64,000 nt of DNA from a virus (taxonomy: Duplodnaviria; Heunggongvirae; Uroviricota; Caudoviricetes): positions 32,001 through 96,000 of the IMG/VR virus record IMGVR_UViG_3300038345_000251; one strand, written 5' to 3'. Under the pieces are notes generated by a model that saw only the letters and a program-made list of their open reading frames with translations, had not been told where the DNA came from and did not search any database. Shown one piece after another: positions 8,869 through 18,290 of this stretch (positions within the stretch are counted from its first letter, which is position 1; every line of letters begins with the position of its first letter). The position numbers were made by a program, and so were the translations under genes.

Positions 8869-10602
8869 ATGCAAAGAGTTTATAATAAAAGAAGTGATGA
8901 AATTATAGATGGTAAAGCCAAATTACCAACACCTGAACAATTAGAATATGGTGAACTTGCAATCAACTACGCAAAGGGTAAAGAAACAATCAGTATTAAA
9001 AACAGTGATGATGAAATAGTAACTTTACCATTTGGTAATGTTTCTAAAGCAGGTTTAATTAAATTTGAACGTGCTTATCATGAAGAACCGTTATATATTT
9101 TTGATGATATTAACGATTTTTATGATTCAGTAAGAAACAAAATTGGTGATGGTGAACAATTATATGAACCAGAAGATGGTAAAATATGTGTTGCTGAATT
9201 AGCAGATGGTACTTACATTCCAATTATTAGTCCAGAGCCATCATATGATAGCATTGTTGACCCTAACAAGAAAAAGACAAATTATGAAATAATGAATCAT
9301 AAACATCGTCCTTATGATGGTAATAGAATTGTTGTTAGAAAACAATTATCAATACGTCCCGTTGAACATTTACCTTATTATTTTCAAGATGGAATTGTTA
9401 CAATAAGAATTAATAAGAACTATCTTAAAAAAGGTGAATCTATTGCAATTTATGTATATGATAGATGGTTTGAAGAGCCTAGATTTGTCAAAGATGGTTA
9501 TGGTTCTATATATGGAACTTCTCTCTCTAATGATATTCAATTAATTAATCATGGTGACGGATTATGGGAGTTAAAAAATAATGGTAATCGTGACCTGTAT
9601 AAACCAATTGTAATTCAAATACCATTTAAAATAGATACATCTGGAAGACAATACAATGTTCTTGAAGTAACTAATTCAAGTTTGTTTGTTGATGTTGATA
9701 CAAGGGATTTATTTTCAAGAACAATTGCTTATAATTTTGGACAGAACTGTGTTAAAGTAGGAAACATAAGATATGATAAATATTATAATCGTGAAACTTT
9801 AAGCCCATATCTTAAATTTGTTAGAACTGAAGGATGTAATATTAAACTTATTAATACAAAACCAAGTCTTTGGAAAGGTGTTGTTGACCATGATGGGGAA
9901 GTTATATATGAAAATACATCTAAATATGACAGTTTAATGGGCATGATATTAGATAAAGCACCAAATACATTTATTAAATCAAAGACAAGAGACTATATTT
10001 ATCGTTATCATAAAAAATTAGCACAACATAGAAAAGATGCTGGTTATGGACAAAGTGGTGTAGTAGGAAACATTGAAGGTGGTTATCTTTATTTAAGGTT
10101 TTCTATTATAACTGATGATGTGAGAAAATGTCGTTTTGTTATACATTTCGATAGTAAAATTGGTTTTTCAAAAAGAAGTGTTGATTTATCTTTTCAAGAG
10201 ATTGAAAACTTAATCGTTGAATCTTATAATCTTCCCGGTAATGGTAAAGTATTTAAACTTTTATTTGATGGTGACGATTTTTATGATTTAGGACAATTTT
10301 TCTATGGATGGGAAGTAAGTGGCATACACGTATATTGTCGTGATAGTTCTGTAACACATATGCCAATTTTAGGTGACAGAGATAAAAAAATGGATATGTC
10401 AAATAAAAAACTTAATCCTTTTGGTTGGTTTAAAGGTGGGTATTCAGGTGTTAGTAAATCAGGAAGAAATACTTATGAGAAAATAAGAAGAAACAAAGGA
10501 AGGTATCAACGTAGTTATGCTATTAAACTTTATAAAGTTCATAGAGGTATTCCTTCTTCATACCCAACAACAGTAATTATTAGAAAAAATAAAAGAAAAT
10601 AA
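8869..10602 (+). CDS. Fibre-anchored paralog B (GELAIN anchor + unknown basic domain)
   Basis: Start MQRVYNKRS at 8869 after ACTATTTATA promoter; paralogous to 5533 and 10994; very basic C-terminus. Confidence 0.65.
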   Translation: MQRVYNKRSDEIIDGKAKLPTPEQLEYGELAINYAKGKETISIKNSDDEIVTLPFGNVSKAGLIKFERAYHEEPLYIFDDINDFYDSVRNKIGDGEQLYEPEDGKICVAELADGTYIPIISPEPSYDSIVDPNKKKTNYEIMNHKHRPYDGNRIVVRKQLSIRPVEHLPYYFQDGIVTIRINKNYLKKGESIAIYVYDRWFEEPRFVKDGYGSIYGTSLSNDIQLINHGDGLWELKNNGNRDLYKPIVIQIPFKIDTSGRQYNVLEVTNSSLFVDVDTRDLFSRTIAYNFGQNCVKVGNIRYDKYYNRETLSPYLKFVRTEGCNIKLINTKPSLWKGVVDHDGEVIYENTSKYDSLMGMILDKAPNTFIKSKTRDYIYRYHKKLAQHRKDAGYGQSGVVGNIEGGYLYLRFSIITDDVRKCRFVIHFDSKIGFSKRSVDLSFQEIENLIVESYNLPGNGKVFKLLFDGDDFYDLGQFFYGWEVSGIHVYCRDSSVTHMPILGDRDKKMDMSNKKLNPFGWFKGGYSGVSKSGRNTYEKIRRNKGRYQRSYAIKLYKVHRGIPSSYPTTVIIRKNKRK

Positions 10603-10632
10603 AATTTTTTGTTTTTTTATACTATTTATTAA

Positions 10633-10775
10633 GTGAATCTCCCATTCCTCAGGGGCGCATTCTTTTGGCAGAGTGGTTCATCTGTTTTGAATGTACATGT
10701 GGTGGTGGGGCAGATGAAAATCCTTAAAAAACAATATATAAAAAACTTTGTAATTTTTTTACAAAGTTTTTATTT
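10633..10775 (+). ncRNA. Hairpin ncRNA cassette 2 (79-nt stem 10637-10715)
   Basis: Promoter ACTATTTAT at 10621; atct/agat, cccatt/ggtggg, gcattc/gaatgt and ggcaga/tctgtt pairings; GAAAAT-N11-AATATATAA; terminator aaaaactttgtaa...ttacaaagttttt. Confidence 0.7.
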
Positions 10776-10802
10776 TTTTTATATTTTCATACTATTTATT
10801 TA

Positions 10803-10939
10803 ATGAAACGAATCCATCGAATTAAAGGTTTCTTTATCGTGGGACTGGGTTCTACCTCGTTGAGGCCTCTAGATGGAGTACGTTGAAAATTCTTAAAACT
10901 CTATATATAAGCAGATAAATTATTTATCTGCTTTTTTTT
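10803..10939 (+). ncRNA. Hairpin ncRNA cassette 3 (78-nt stem 10807-10884)
   Basis: Promoter ACTATTTAT at 10791; aacg/cgtt, tccatc/gatgga, aggtttc/gaggcct and gtgggac/gttctac pairings; GAAAAT-N11-TATATATAA; terminator aagcagataaat/atttatctgctt. Confidence 0.7.
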
Positions 10940-10993
10940 GTTATATAATTGATGTTAACGATATATTTATTTATATAAATAAACAAAAAAATT

Positions 10994-12688
10994 ATGCAAA
11001 GAGTATATAATAAGAGAAGTAACGAAATTATTAACGGTAAAGCCAAGTTACCAACAGCTGAACAGTTAGAGTATGGTGAAATTGCAATTAACTATGCAAA
11101 AGGTGAAGAAACATTAGCTATTAAAAATGATGAAGATGAAATTGTAAAATTGCCATTTACTGGCGGTAGTGGTGATAGTAATATCAGATATGTTAGAAAT
11201 AGTGACGTAAACCCATTTTCAGATAAAAGTCAACTATATGATTATATAAGAAGAAAAAGAAAAAGTGGTGATAATCTATATGAACCAGAAAATGGATGCC
11301 TTTTTGTTGCAAGAGTTGTTGAAAATGGAGTAGAAAGTATATATCCATTTGTAAATTATGAACCATCATATGACAGTATTATTGACCCAACAAAAACTAA
11401 AACACAAAAGCAAACTGAAGAACATAAAAAAATAACATATGATGGAAAATTTGTTGTTAGAAAACATTTTCCCGAAAGACCTATGGAATTTTTACGTTAC
11501 TATTTCCAAGGTGAATTTATGTTGTTTGAAGTGTATATAGTGGCAGGTGGTAGTGCAACATATTATTATGATACTGTTTTAATTAATGATATAGATATAC
11601 TTTCAAGTGAAGAAGGTATAAGAACATTTTATAAAAGACATCATAATAATATTGTTGTTGATAGAAATACTGATGGCGTAAGAGTTTTCAGTAATACAGG
11701 AACAACTGACGCAAAAATATTGATTAAAGTATTTCCTAATTGTTCAAATGGAAGTTTAGATATTGCTAATGTTGTTTTCCTTACAGATTTAAATAGTTAT
11801 TTAGGTAAAAAACAAAATTGGAAAGACGAATGGCAAAAAATAAAAGATAAAGAGTTCTATATTAACAATGATACATTTTATTTTGCTAATTTAAGTCAAC
11901 TCACAAGTGAACCTGAAACAATTTCACCACACCTTAAAATTAGAAATCAACATGTTGTAAACATTAAACCATCTACATTTTTAATTCAAAACAGAAACAT
12001 TGTTGATGGTGCAACAATTATGGGCGCAAAAGCAGATAGTAGTGTGTTTAAACGTTTAATTAATACAATTACAGCAAAAGATGCTAATAAACATATTTTA
12101 GTTAAAACAAGAGATTACGTTCCATTATATCCACAACGTGGTGAAAAATATGGTAAAATGGTTGTTACTGCAAAATTTGAATGTGGTAAGTTAATCATTT
12201 GTAAAGGGTATTATCAAGGAAAAATTGTTGTCGTATATCATGAAAGTGTTACACCAAACATCACACAAAGTTTAACTATTGATACAGCACAACATTCAAG
12301 TAGTGACCCAACTGTTCTTGTTATTGAACCTAGTGATTTAGGTATAGTAAGTACATATTTTTATTCATTAACATGTATTGGAACAATGTTGCTTGATAGT
12401 AGTGTTGAAGGATATATGGGTACATATACAAAACGTCCAGAATTCCATACAAGTGGAAGCGCAAAATTCAAGAAAAAAATTCTTACTCCTTGGGGATGGA
12501 TTAAACCTGCAACAAAAAAGAAAATGTACTGGGGTACACTTGCATGTGTTTATTATAACCAACATTCAAGACATGTTTCTAAAAAATATGGTAGAAGTTA
12601 TGATATGTTGGCATATAAAGTGATAAGAGGTGTTAAATCATTATTCCCTGCACATATTTATTGTAATTTACGAAGTAGAAGTAAATAA
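10994..12688 (+). CDS. Fibre-anchored paralog C (GEIAIN anchor + unknown basic domain)
   Basis: Same N-terminus and EPSYDSIIDP, RYYFQG, TISPHLK, PWGW, YKVIRG motifs as paralogs A and B. Confidence 0.65.
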   Translation: MQRVYNKRSNEIINGKAKLPTAEQLEYGEIAINYAKGEETLAIKNDEDEIVKLPFTGGSGDSNIRYVRNSDVNPFSDKSQLYDYIRRKRKSGDNLYEPENGCLFVARVVENGVESIYPFVNYEPSYDSIIDPTKTKTQKQTEEHKKITYDGKFVVRKHFPERPMEFLRYYFQGEFMLFEVYIVAGGSATYYYDTVLINDIDILSSEEGIRTFYKRHHNNIVVDRNTDGVRVFSNTGTTDAKILIKVFPNCSNGSLDIANVVFLTDLNSYLGKKQNWKDEWQKIKDKEFYINNDTFYFANLSQLTSEPETISPHLKIRNQHVVNIKPSTFLIQNRNIVDGATIMGAKADSSVFKRLINTITAKDANKHILVKTRDYVPLYPQRGEKYGKMVVTAKFECGKLIICKGYYQGKIVVVYHESVTPNITQSLTIDTAQHSSSDPTVLVIEPSDLGIVSTYFYSLTCIGTMLLDSSVEGYMGTYTKRPEFHTSGSAKFKKKILTPWGWIKPATKKKMYWGTLACVYYNQHSRHVSKKYGRSYDMLAYKVIRGVKSLFPAHIYCNLRSRSK

Positions 12689-12696
12689 TAAAATGA

Positions 12697-12724
12697 AAGG
12701 TGAGTTAATTAACTCACCTTTTTT
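12697..12724. terminator. Bidirectional intrinsic terminator
   Basis: aaaggtgagtta-at-taactcacctttt between convergent genes. Confidence 0.7.
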
Positions 12725-12726
12725 AT

Positions 12727-13302
12727 TTACCATTCATTTAACTGAATGTTATTTCTTGTGATTCTTTTTTTCTTTGGCGGTTCTTCAGGAACGACAATTT
12801 TACTGAATGATTCGTTGGGGTTATTTACAGGACTAAACACTGTTTTATTTTCCACTTCATTTGGTGATTCTACCCATCTTGTTAAAACCTGTAATGGGTC
12901 TTCAGATTTCACATCATCTATATATAAATCATCTTTAATTTCATTTTGATAGTCTTTTAATATTTTACATCTACAATATGCAGTAAATAAATTGTCACAA
13001 TATGACTTGAAATCTCTATCTGTTATTTTTGAAATACCTTTATTATAAAGTTTTTTCATTTTTTTAGCAAAAAATTCAGAATAATATCCACGAAGTTCAA
13101 TAGGCATTGATAAAAACTGTTCAGAAGTTGTTTTAATAACTTCATTAAATGTCCTAACAAAACGGTTTATATCTTTATCACTTGCCATAGAAATAAACAA
13201 CTTCACAACTTCAATTGTATTTGGATTCATTTTTTCTTTATCCAAGTTTCCTACTAATGAATTGAGTGTACATATTGCACTATTTTTATCATAAATTTTC
13301 AT
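12727..13302 (-). CDS. Hypothetical protein
   Basis: 191-aa ORF, no recognisable motif. Confidence 0.6.
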   Translation of the reverse strand: MKIYDKNSAICTLNSLVGNLDKEKMNPNTIEVVKLFISMASDKDINRFVRTFNEVIKTTSEQFLSMPIELRGYYSEFFAKKMKKLYNKGISKITDRDFKSYCDNLFTAYCRCKILKDYQNEIKDDLYIDDVKSEDPLQVLTRWVESPNEVENKTVFSPVNNPNESFSKIVVPEEPPKKKRITRNNIQLNEW

Positions 13303-13387
13303 TTTCTTTATCGTTTTAAAACACTATTTATTTAATATAAAATACACTACAAAAATACATAAATAAATTAAGTAAGTCAAGATTTAT

Positions 13388-16129
13388 ATGAATTTATTTG
13401 AAAATATTATATTAGATTTATTGTTAGAAGCAAAATCACCAGAGGAAATCTTAAGTATATTAAAATATAAATTTAAAAATGTCCCTGAAAATGTGATTGA
13501 TGCAGTATTTAATGTTGACCCAACCAAAAAGAAGTCATATACACAATGGGTGTTGATGCATTGGGACGAAGAAAAACATATTATAGATAAGTTTTTACAA
13601 GATGGAACATTTAAAAAAATGTTTAACTATGCTAAAGAACATCAAGAAGTACAGTTAAATAAGTATGATTCCATTAAAGAAGCAGCAAACCAACTTTTAG
13701 GTGCTATTAGTGATAGTGCCTCAGAGGATGATATTGATATTGATTTACTTAAAAAAGACGGTAACGGACCAGAAAATGATTTTACAATTGCATTCCGTAG
13801 TGGTGAATGGATAGTAGCAATACCTAATACCTATGAAGCAGACCATAAACTTGGTGAAAATACACATTGGTGTACTGCTGGTTGGTATTATACCGATGAA
13901 CAAGGTAGAATGTATTATAGAAGATACTTAAGAGAATTTGGTGGGTGTTATTTTATTAATTTTGATTTAAGACAATATGAAACACTTCATAATAGAAATA
14001 GAGAAATAGAACAAACAACTGTTCGTTATCCATTTACACGTTATCAATTCCATTTTGAATCAAAACAGTTTATGGACACTGATGATAACCGTATAAGTAT
14101 GTCACAACTTAATATGCCTGATGATGTAATTAAATTCTATGAAGACAAAGGTTATAATTTCGATGATGTTGATGAGTTATCAGATGAGGAAAGAATGGAA
14201 CAATACGAAGAAGCACGTTGGAATCGTAGTGTTGATGTAACTGATAGACTTGTTATATTACCTGAATATGACCAAGATATGAATCCTAATATTCCTGATG
14301 ATACTATATATATGGTTTATGACCAAAATAATGATATAATGGACCCTGTTAGTTATACACCTATAAGTACACAAGCGTTATATGTTGATGATGATAATGG
14401 TTTCTATATCTTCAATGCAAATACTAAAGGACATGGAATGAACGGTACTTTACTTGTTACTGATGCACCAGCTGATGTAGATGAATATGATGGTACAGGC
14501 GATGATGAACCATTAGTTATTATTGAAACTGGTGGTTATTTTGAAGCATATGAGGAAGTTAAATACTATAAAGTAGTTGAGTTTTTTGGTGTTAATACAT
14601 TACTTTTTATTAGTGAAGATAATGGAAGATTCAATGGTAACGATTCATTTATCCATTTTCAAAATAGAAATTTAACAGATAGTATTAAATTACCGTTTAA
14701 AATTGATGAAGTTGGTGTTTTAGATGTTTTCCCTAACTATGACGTTGGTAGTTTATATGATACTGAACGTTCAGAGTTTATATTTGAAGTTGTTTATGAT
14801 AATGGTTATCATTCATTGATTAATGTTGCACGTGATGGCATAAGTTATTTAATTAAATGTGATAAACCTGCCAATAATGGTGAACATTTCATCGAACAAG
14901 AAGATGAAAATGGTGAAATGGTAATATTAGGTACACTCAGAAACTATTATGGTAATCAAGAAGATTATGATGAAAAAAATACTACAGCTATTGCTGCATA
15001 TGTAAAAGATTTTCATTTTAATAATACTGTATTAGTTAAAATGAATGATAATAAATATAATATTTTTAACATTAAAACAAAACAACTTATTTTACCTCAA
15101 AATTTTAACGTAATTAAATCTGCTGATGCTAATCTTGTATTAGCAGAAAAATATGGTGCTGTTATTGTAAGTAATGATGATGAAAATGGTGATACCGTTT
15201 ATTCATTAACAACAGGTGAACCTTTAACAGATACATATCCATTGATTGATTGTGGCGTAAGATTTTTCTATGGATGGGTTGGTGCACAAGATGCAATGAA
15301 AAACTATTATGTTTTTTCACCTGATTTTAAACAAACTTATGGACCATTTGTTGGTTTAAATAGTGGATGGGGTGCAAGTAAAATGCTTGTTACTGTTTTA
15401 GACAAAAACCATCAGAAAGTTAGAAAATTCTTTAACTTTAAAACAGGAAAATTCGAATTTGAAGATATTGGTATGCTATCAGTTCTTTCAGGTGATTATA
15501 ACATTGCTGCTGGTATGACAAGTAATGGTGAATCAATAATGTTTAATTTTGAAACAGGTAATATTATAGATAGAAACGTTATGCCAGGACAACGTTTTCA
15601 AACAATTAATAAAGATGGGTCAATTATTGGTATAAGACATTCTAATACAGGAAAAATGAATATGATTAACTTAAAAACAGGTGAAAAATTATTACCGTTT
15701 GAAGTTGATAAAATTTATGGAAGATTTGATAGCCGTAGTTATCAAGCATTTTTCCCATTTGTTTCTTTAAAAAACAATGATGCTTTCTATATATTCAATG
15801 TTGATACTAAACAACTTTTACCAAATGAAAATGGTATTGTAACAGGTGATACAGGTGTTTATGCATTTAGTTTATATGGTTCAGAAATGCCTGTTTGTAG
15901 TTTTTCAATACATGATAGTATGAATACTTCTGTGTATCATATTGTTTGGAACTATAGTAATGGAGAAGTAAGTGTAAGAGAAGGTGGAAGGGGCGGTGAA
16001 TCAGTTGATTTAAAGAATTGCACACCTGAAGTACAACAAAGAGTTATGCAAGTACTTAATCCACAAAAAGCACAATTTGTTAGTCAATATACAGAAATGA
16101 TAAATAGAATGAAAAAGTTAATTAAATAA
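13388..16129 (+). CDS. PcfJ-like domain plus beta-repeat (WG-repeat-like) protein, putative virion cargo
   Basis: WIVAIPNTYEADHKLGENTHWCTA and YQFHFES..FMD..D motifs; C-terminal YNIFNIKTKQLIL-type repeats. Confidence 0.5.
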   Translation: MNLFENIILDLLLEAKSPEEILSILKYKFKNVPENVIDAVFNVDPTKKKSYTQWVLMHWDEEKHIIDKFLQDGTFKKMFNYAKEHQEVQLNKYDSIKEAANQLLGAISDSASEDDIDIDLLKKDGNGPENDFTIAFRSGEWIVAIPNTYEADHKLGENTHWCTAGWYYTDEQGRMYYRRYLREFGGCYFINFDLRQYETLHNRNREIEQTTVRYPFTRYQFHFESKQFMDTDDNRISMSQLNMPDDVIKFYEDKGYNFDDVDELSDEERMEQYEEARWNRSVDVTDRLVILPEYDQDMNPNIPDDTIYMVYDQNNDIMDPVSYTPISTQALYVDDDNGFYIFNANTKGHGMNGTLLVTDAPADVDEYDGTGDDEPLVIIETGGYFEAYEEVKYYKVVEFFGVNTLLFISEDNGRFNGNDSFIHFQNRNLTDSIKLPFKIDEVGVLDVFPNYDVGSLYDTERSEFIFEVVYDNGYHSLINVARDGISYLIKCDKPANNGEHFIEQEDENGEMVILGTLRNYYGNQEDYDEKNTTAIAAYVKDFHFNNTVLVKMNDNKYNIFNIKTKQLILPQNFNVIKSADANLVLAEKYGAVIVSNDDENGDTVYSLTTGEPLTDTYPLIDCGVRFFYGWVGAQDAMKNYYVFSPDFKQTYGPFVGLNSGWGASKMLVTVLDKNHQKVRKFFNFKTGKFEFEDIGMLSVLSGDYNIAAGMTSNGESIMFNFETGNIIDRNVMPGQRFQTINKDGSIIGIRHSNTGKMNMINLKTGEKLLPFEVDKIYGRFDSRSYQAFFPFVSLKNNDAFYIFNVDTKQLLPNENGIVTGDTGVYAFSLYGSEMPVCSFSIHDSMNTSVYHIVWNYSNGEVSVREGGRGGESVDLKNCTPEVQQRVMQVLNPQKAQFVSQYTEMINRMKKLIK

Positions 16130-16159
16130 AAAAAGCAGGTTAATTAACCTGCTTTTCTT

Positions 16160-16687
16160 TTAGATAAATAAACTTATTAATACTATATACGTTGAAAGGA
16201 ACATTGCCATTTCAAGATAATAAATAAGACTTTCTTTTAGTGTTCTTGTACCTAATCCAATTACAAAGGTTAATACAAATACAGGTAATAAAACAATCCA
16301 TTTATGTACTATCACAAACAACCATACAAGAATTAAAGTAACACATGTCCATGCCCCAATTTGATGAACAATATTTTGTTTTTTAACTGTATCATAGTTT
16401 GGTGTAAATGATACTAAAAACAAATATAAAGGTGCAAAAAAACAAAGAAATTGTAAAGCACTTCCTGTTCCTGTTACAATCATTGGTGGCATTAAAAGTG
16501 CTGCCGTTATAAATGTTACTACAGACCAAATATTAATTCCTTTTGTTTTAGGATGCTGTTTTTCCCATTCACTCCATTTTGGTCCGTATGCAGAATAACA
16601 ACTCAATAAACCGTATTTATTGAGACAAATGATATTAAATGTCACAAATAATATCATTGAAATAAGTGTGCAAATTAAACTTCCCAT
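16160..16687 (-). CDS. Multi-pass membrane protein
   Basis: About 5-6 hydrophobic segments; ACTATTTAT promoter upstream. Confidence 0.65.
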   Translation of the reverse strand: MGSLICTLISMILFVTFNIICLNKYGLLSCYSAYGPKWSEWEKQHPKTKGINIWSVVTFITAALLMPPMIVTGTGSALQFLCFFAPLYLFLVSFTPNYDTVKKQNIVHQIGAWTCVTLILVWLFVIVHKWIVLLPVFVLTFVIGLGTRTLKESLIYYLEMAMFLSTYIVLISLFI

Positions 16688-16774
16688 ATTGTTTGAGTTT
16701 TATAAATAAATAGTGTTTTTTAAGACTTAATTTTCAGTATACCATCTTATTTGATACTTAAAATACTATTTTAC

Positions 16775-16932
16775 AAAAAAGTGGGGATGTATTTCATCCT
16801 ACATCCCCTAATGACAGTCACTGGTAGCGAAATTCCCAAAACTACACGGCTGTGCATATACCAAAAAAGGAAAATCAGGTATATCATCTGAAATTCCTTT
16901 TATATTTTTTATGTACTATATTCCCAAATCCA
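16775..16932 (-). ncRNA. 3' part of a multi-branched structured ncRNA interrupted by the IS605-type element (5' part at ~18209-18240)
   Basis: GC-richer non-coding region with stems gtacata/tatgcac, aaaaggaa/ttcctttt and gtagt/gctac; strong terminator ggggatgta/tacatcccc-T6; pairs across the IS with the 5' piece. Confidence 0.5.
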
Positions 16933-18102
16933 CTGACTACTCCCACAGTTAAAACTGTGGGGTTCTTGGGACAGGCTTGCAGTAATCTGCTCCTTATGTC
17001 CACAAAGGGATAGTCCTTCCCTCTCTATATTTCTTGCAGCATTCAAATCCCTGTTATGATGTGTTCCGCACATAGGACAAGCCCATTCCCTAACATTCAG
17101 GTTTTTGACCTTTTCTTCCTTGTGTCCACACTCCGAACAGATTTGGCTACTTGCAAACCACTTGTCTATCTTGACAAGGCTGTCACACTTGTATTCAAGC
17201 ATATTCAGGAACATACTCCACCCACAGTCGGAGATTGATTGTGCGAGGTGATGGTTCTTTTGCATACCTTTCACATTCAAAGTCTCAACACATACTGTGG
17301 AATAGTTCTTTGCTATCCAAGTGCTTGTTTTGTGCAAGTAATCATATCTTTGGAAGGCTATATGCTCTTGTAGTTTTGCAACCTGCTTTATTGCCTTCTT
17401 CCAATTGTTTGACTGCTCTTCTTTTTTCTTACCCTGTTGGTATCTCCTACTGACAGTCCTTTGCAATACTCTCAGTTTCCTGAGATTTGATTTCAAGTAT
17501 TTTTGGTTTTCAAATACCTTTCCATCACTAAGTACTGCAAAATCCTTTATGCCAATGTCAATACCAACAGACTTTCCATTATCCAATTTTGCCTTATCCA
17601 CAGTTTCATACAGCACTGATATGAAATACCTGTCTGTTGATGTATGGCTGATTGTATATGACTTTATTTTTCCTTTTATTTGCTTGTTGTGACCCTTGAA
17701 AATCCTGATAGTTCCCAACTTTGCAACCTTTACAGTCCAATTGTCATAGTCAAGGACACAGGCAATTGGAATCCTGAAACTATCTTTTACACCTTTCTTC
17801 TTGAATTTAGGGAAACCGCTACCACCCTTGCGAAAGAAATTGGCATAGGCACTATCAAGGTTCCTGATAGCCTGCTGCAAGGATTGGCTTGGAGCATCCT
17901 TCAGGAAAGTGAGTTCAGACTTCAGTTGTGGGAGTTGGTTTATCAGTTCTATTGCTGAGATTGTTATACCACTTTCCTTATATGCACTAATTTTTCTGTC
18001 AAGCATAGTGTTATACACTTTGCGGCAGCACCCACAAGTCTGCTTAATCTGCTCCTTCTGAGTGTTGGTAGGATTTAGTTCATATTTGATGGCTCTCAGC
18101 AT
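16909..18102 (-). CDS. tnpB: RNA-guided endonuclease TnpB (IS200/IS605)
   Basis: HTH N-terminus, RuvC GIDIG / VETL / [18 protein letters not shown] zinc ribbon; ORF reads through the right end into the flank. Confidence 0.95.
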   Translation of the reverse strand: MLRAIKYELNPTNTQKEQIKQTCGCCRKVYNTMLDRKISAYKESGITISAIELINQLPQLKSELTFLKDAPSQSLQQAIRNLDSAYANFFRKGGSGFPKFKKKGVKDSFRIPIACVLDYDNWTVKVAKLGTIRIFKGHNKQIKGKIKSYTISHTSTDRYFISVLYETVDKAKLDNGKSVGIDIGIKDFAVLSDGKVFENQKYLKSNLRKLRVLQRTVSRRYQQGKKKEEQSNNWKKAIKQVAKLQEHIAFQRYDYLHKTSTWIAKNYSTVCVETLNVKGMQKNHHLAQSISDCGWSMFLNMLEYKCDSLVKIDKWFASSQICSECGHKEEKVKNLNVREWACPMCGTHHNRDLNAARNIEREGLSLCGHKEQITASLSQEPHSFNCGSSQWIWEYST

Positions 18103-18208
18103 TAGTTAAACTTTTGCTTTTCTAATGTAAATATACAAAAATTTTTTCAAAAAAACAAAATTAAAGTACACTTGCTTTCAACCAACTATTGAAATAGTGG
18201 TTTTTTTT
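16933..18208 (-). mobile_element. IS200/IS605-family (IS1341-like, tnpB-only) element
   Basis: Left-end hairpin aaccactatttcaatagttggtt (~18180-18203); right-end hairpin cccacagtt/aactgtggg plus AGTAGTCA; GC higher than phage background; left boundary approximate. Confidence 0.8.
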
Positions 18209-18290
18209 CCCCACAGGAAAATCCAATAAAATTTGTTTGATTATAAATAGTATGAAAAGTTGAATTATTCGGTTTCTTTATTTTCTTTTA

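Noticed and set aside
8611-10939. Hairpin cassettes as a CRISPR or TIGR array, or as tRNAs
   Set aside because: No repeat-spacer periodicity, each unit has its own promoter and terminator, no clear box C/D pairs, no cloverleaf or T-loop, and no cas/tas gene seen
16790-16860. Hammerhead ribozyme on the plus strand (CTAATGA...GAAA)
   Set aside because: The core deviates from CUGANGA, the required stems do not form, and promoter/terminator polarity favours the minus strand
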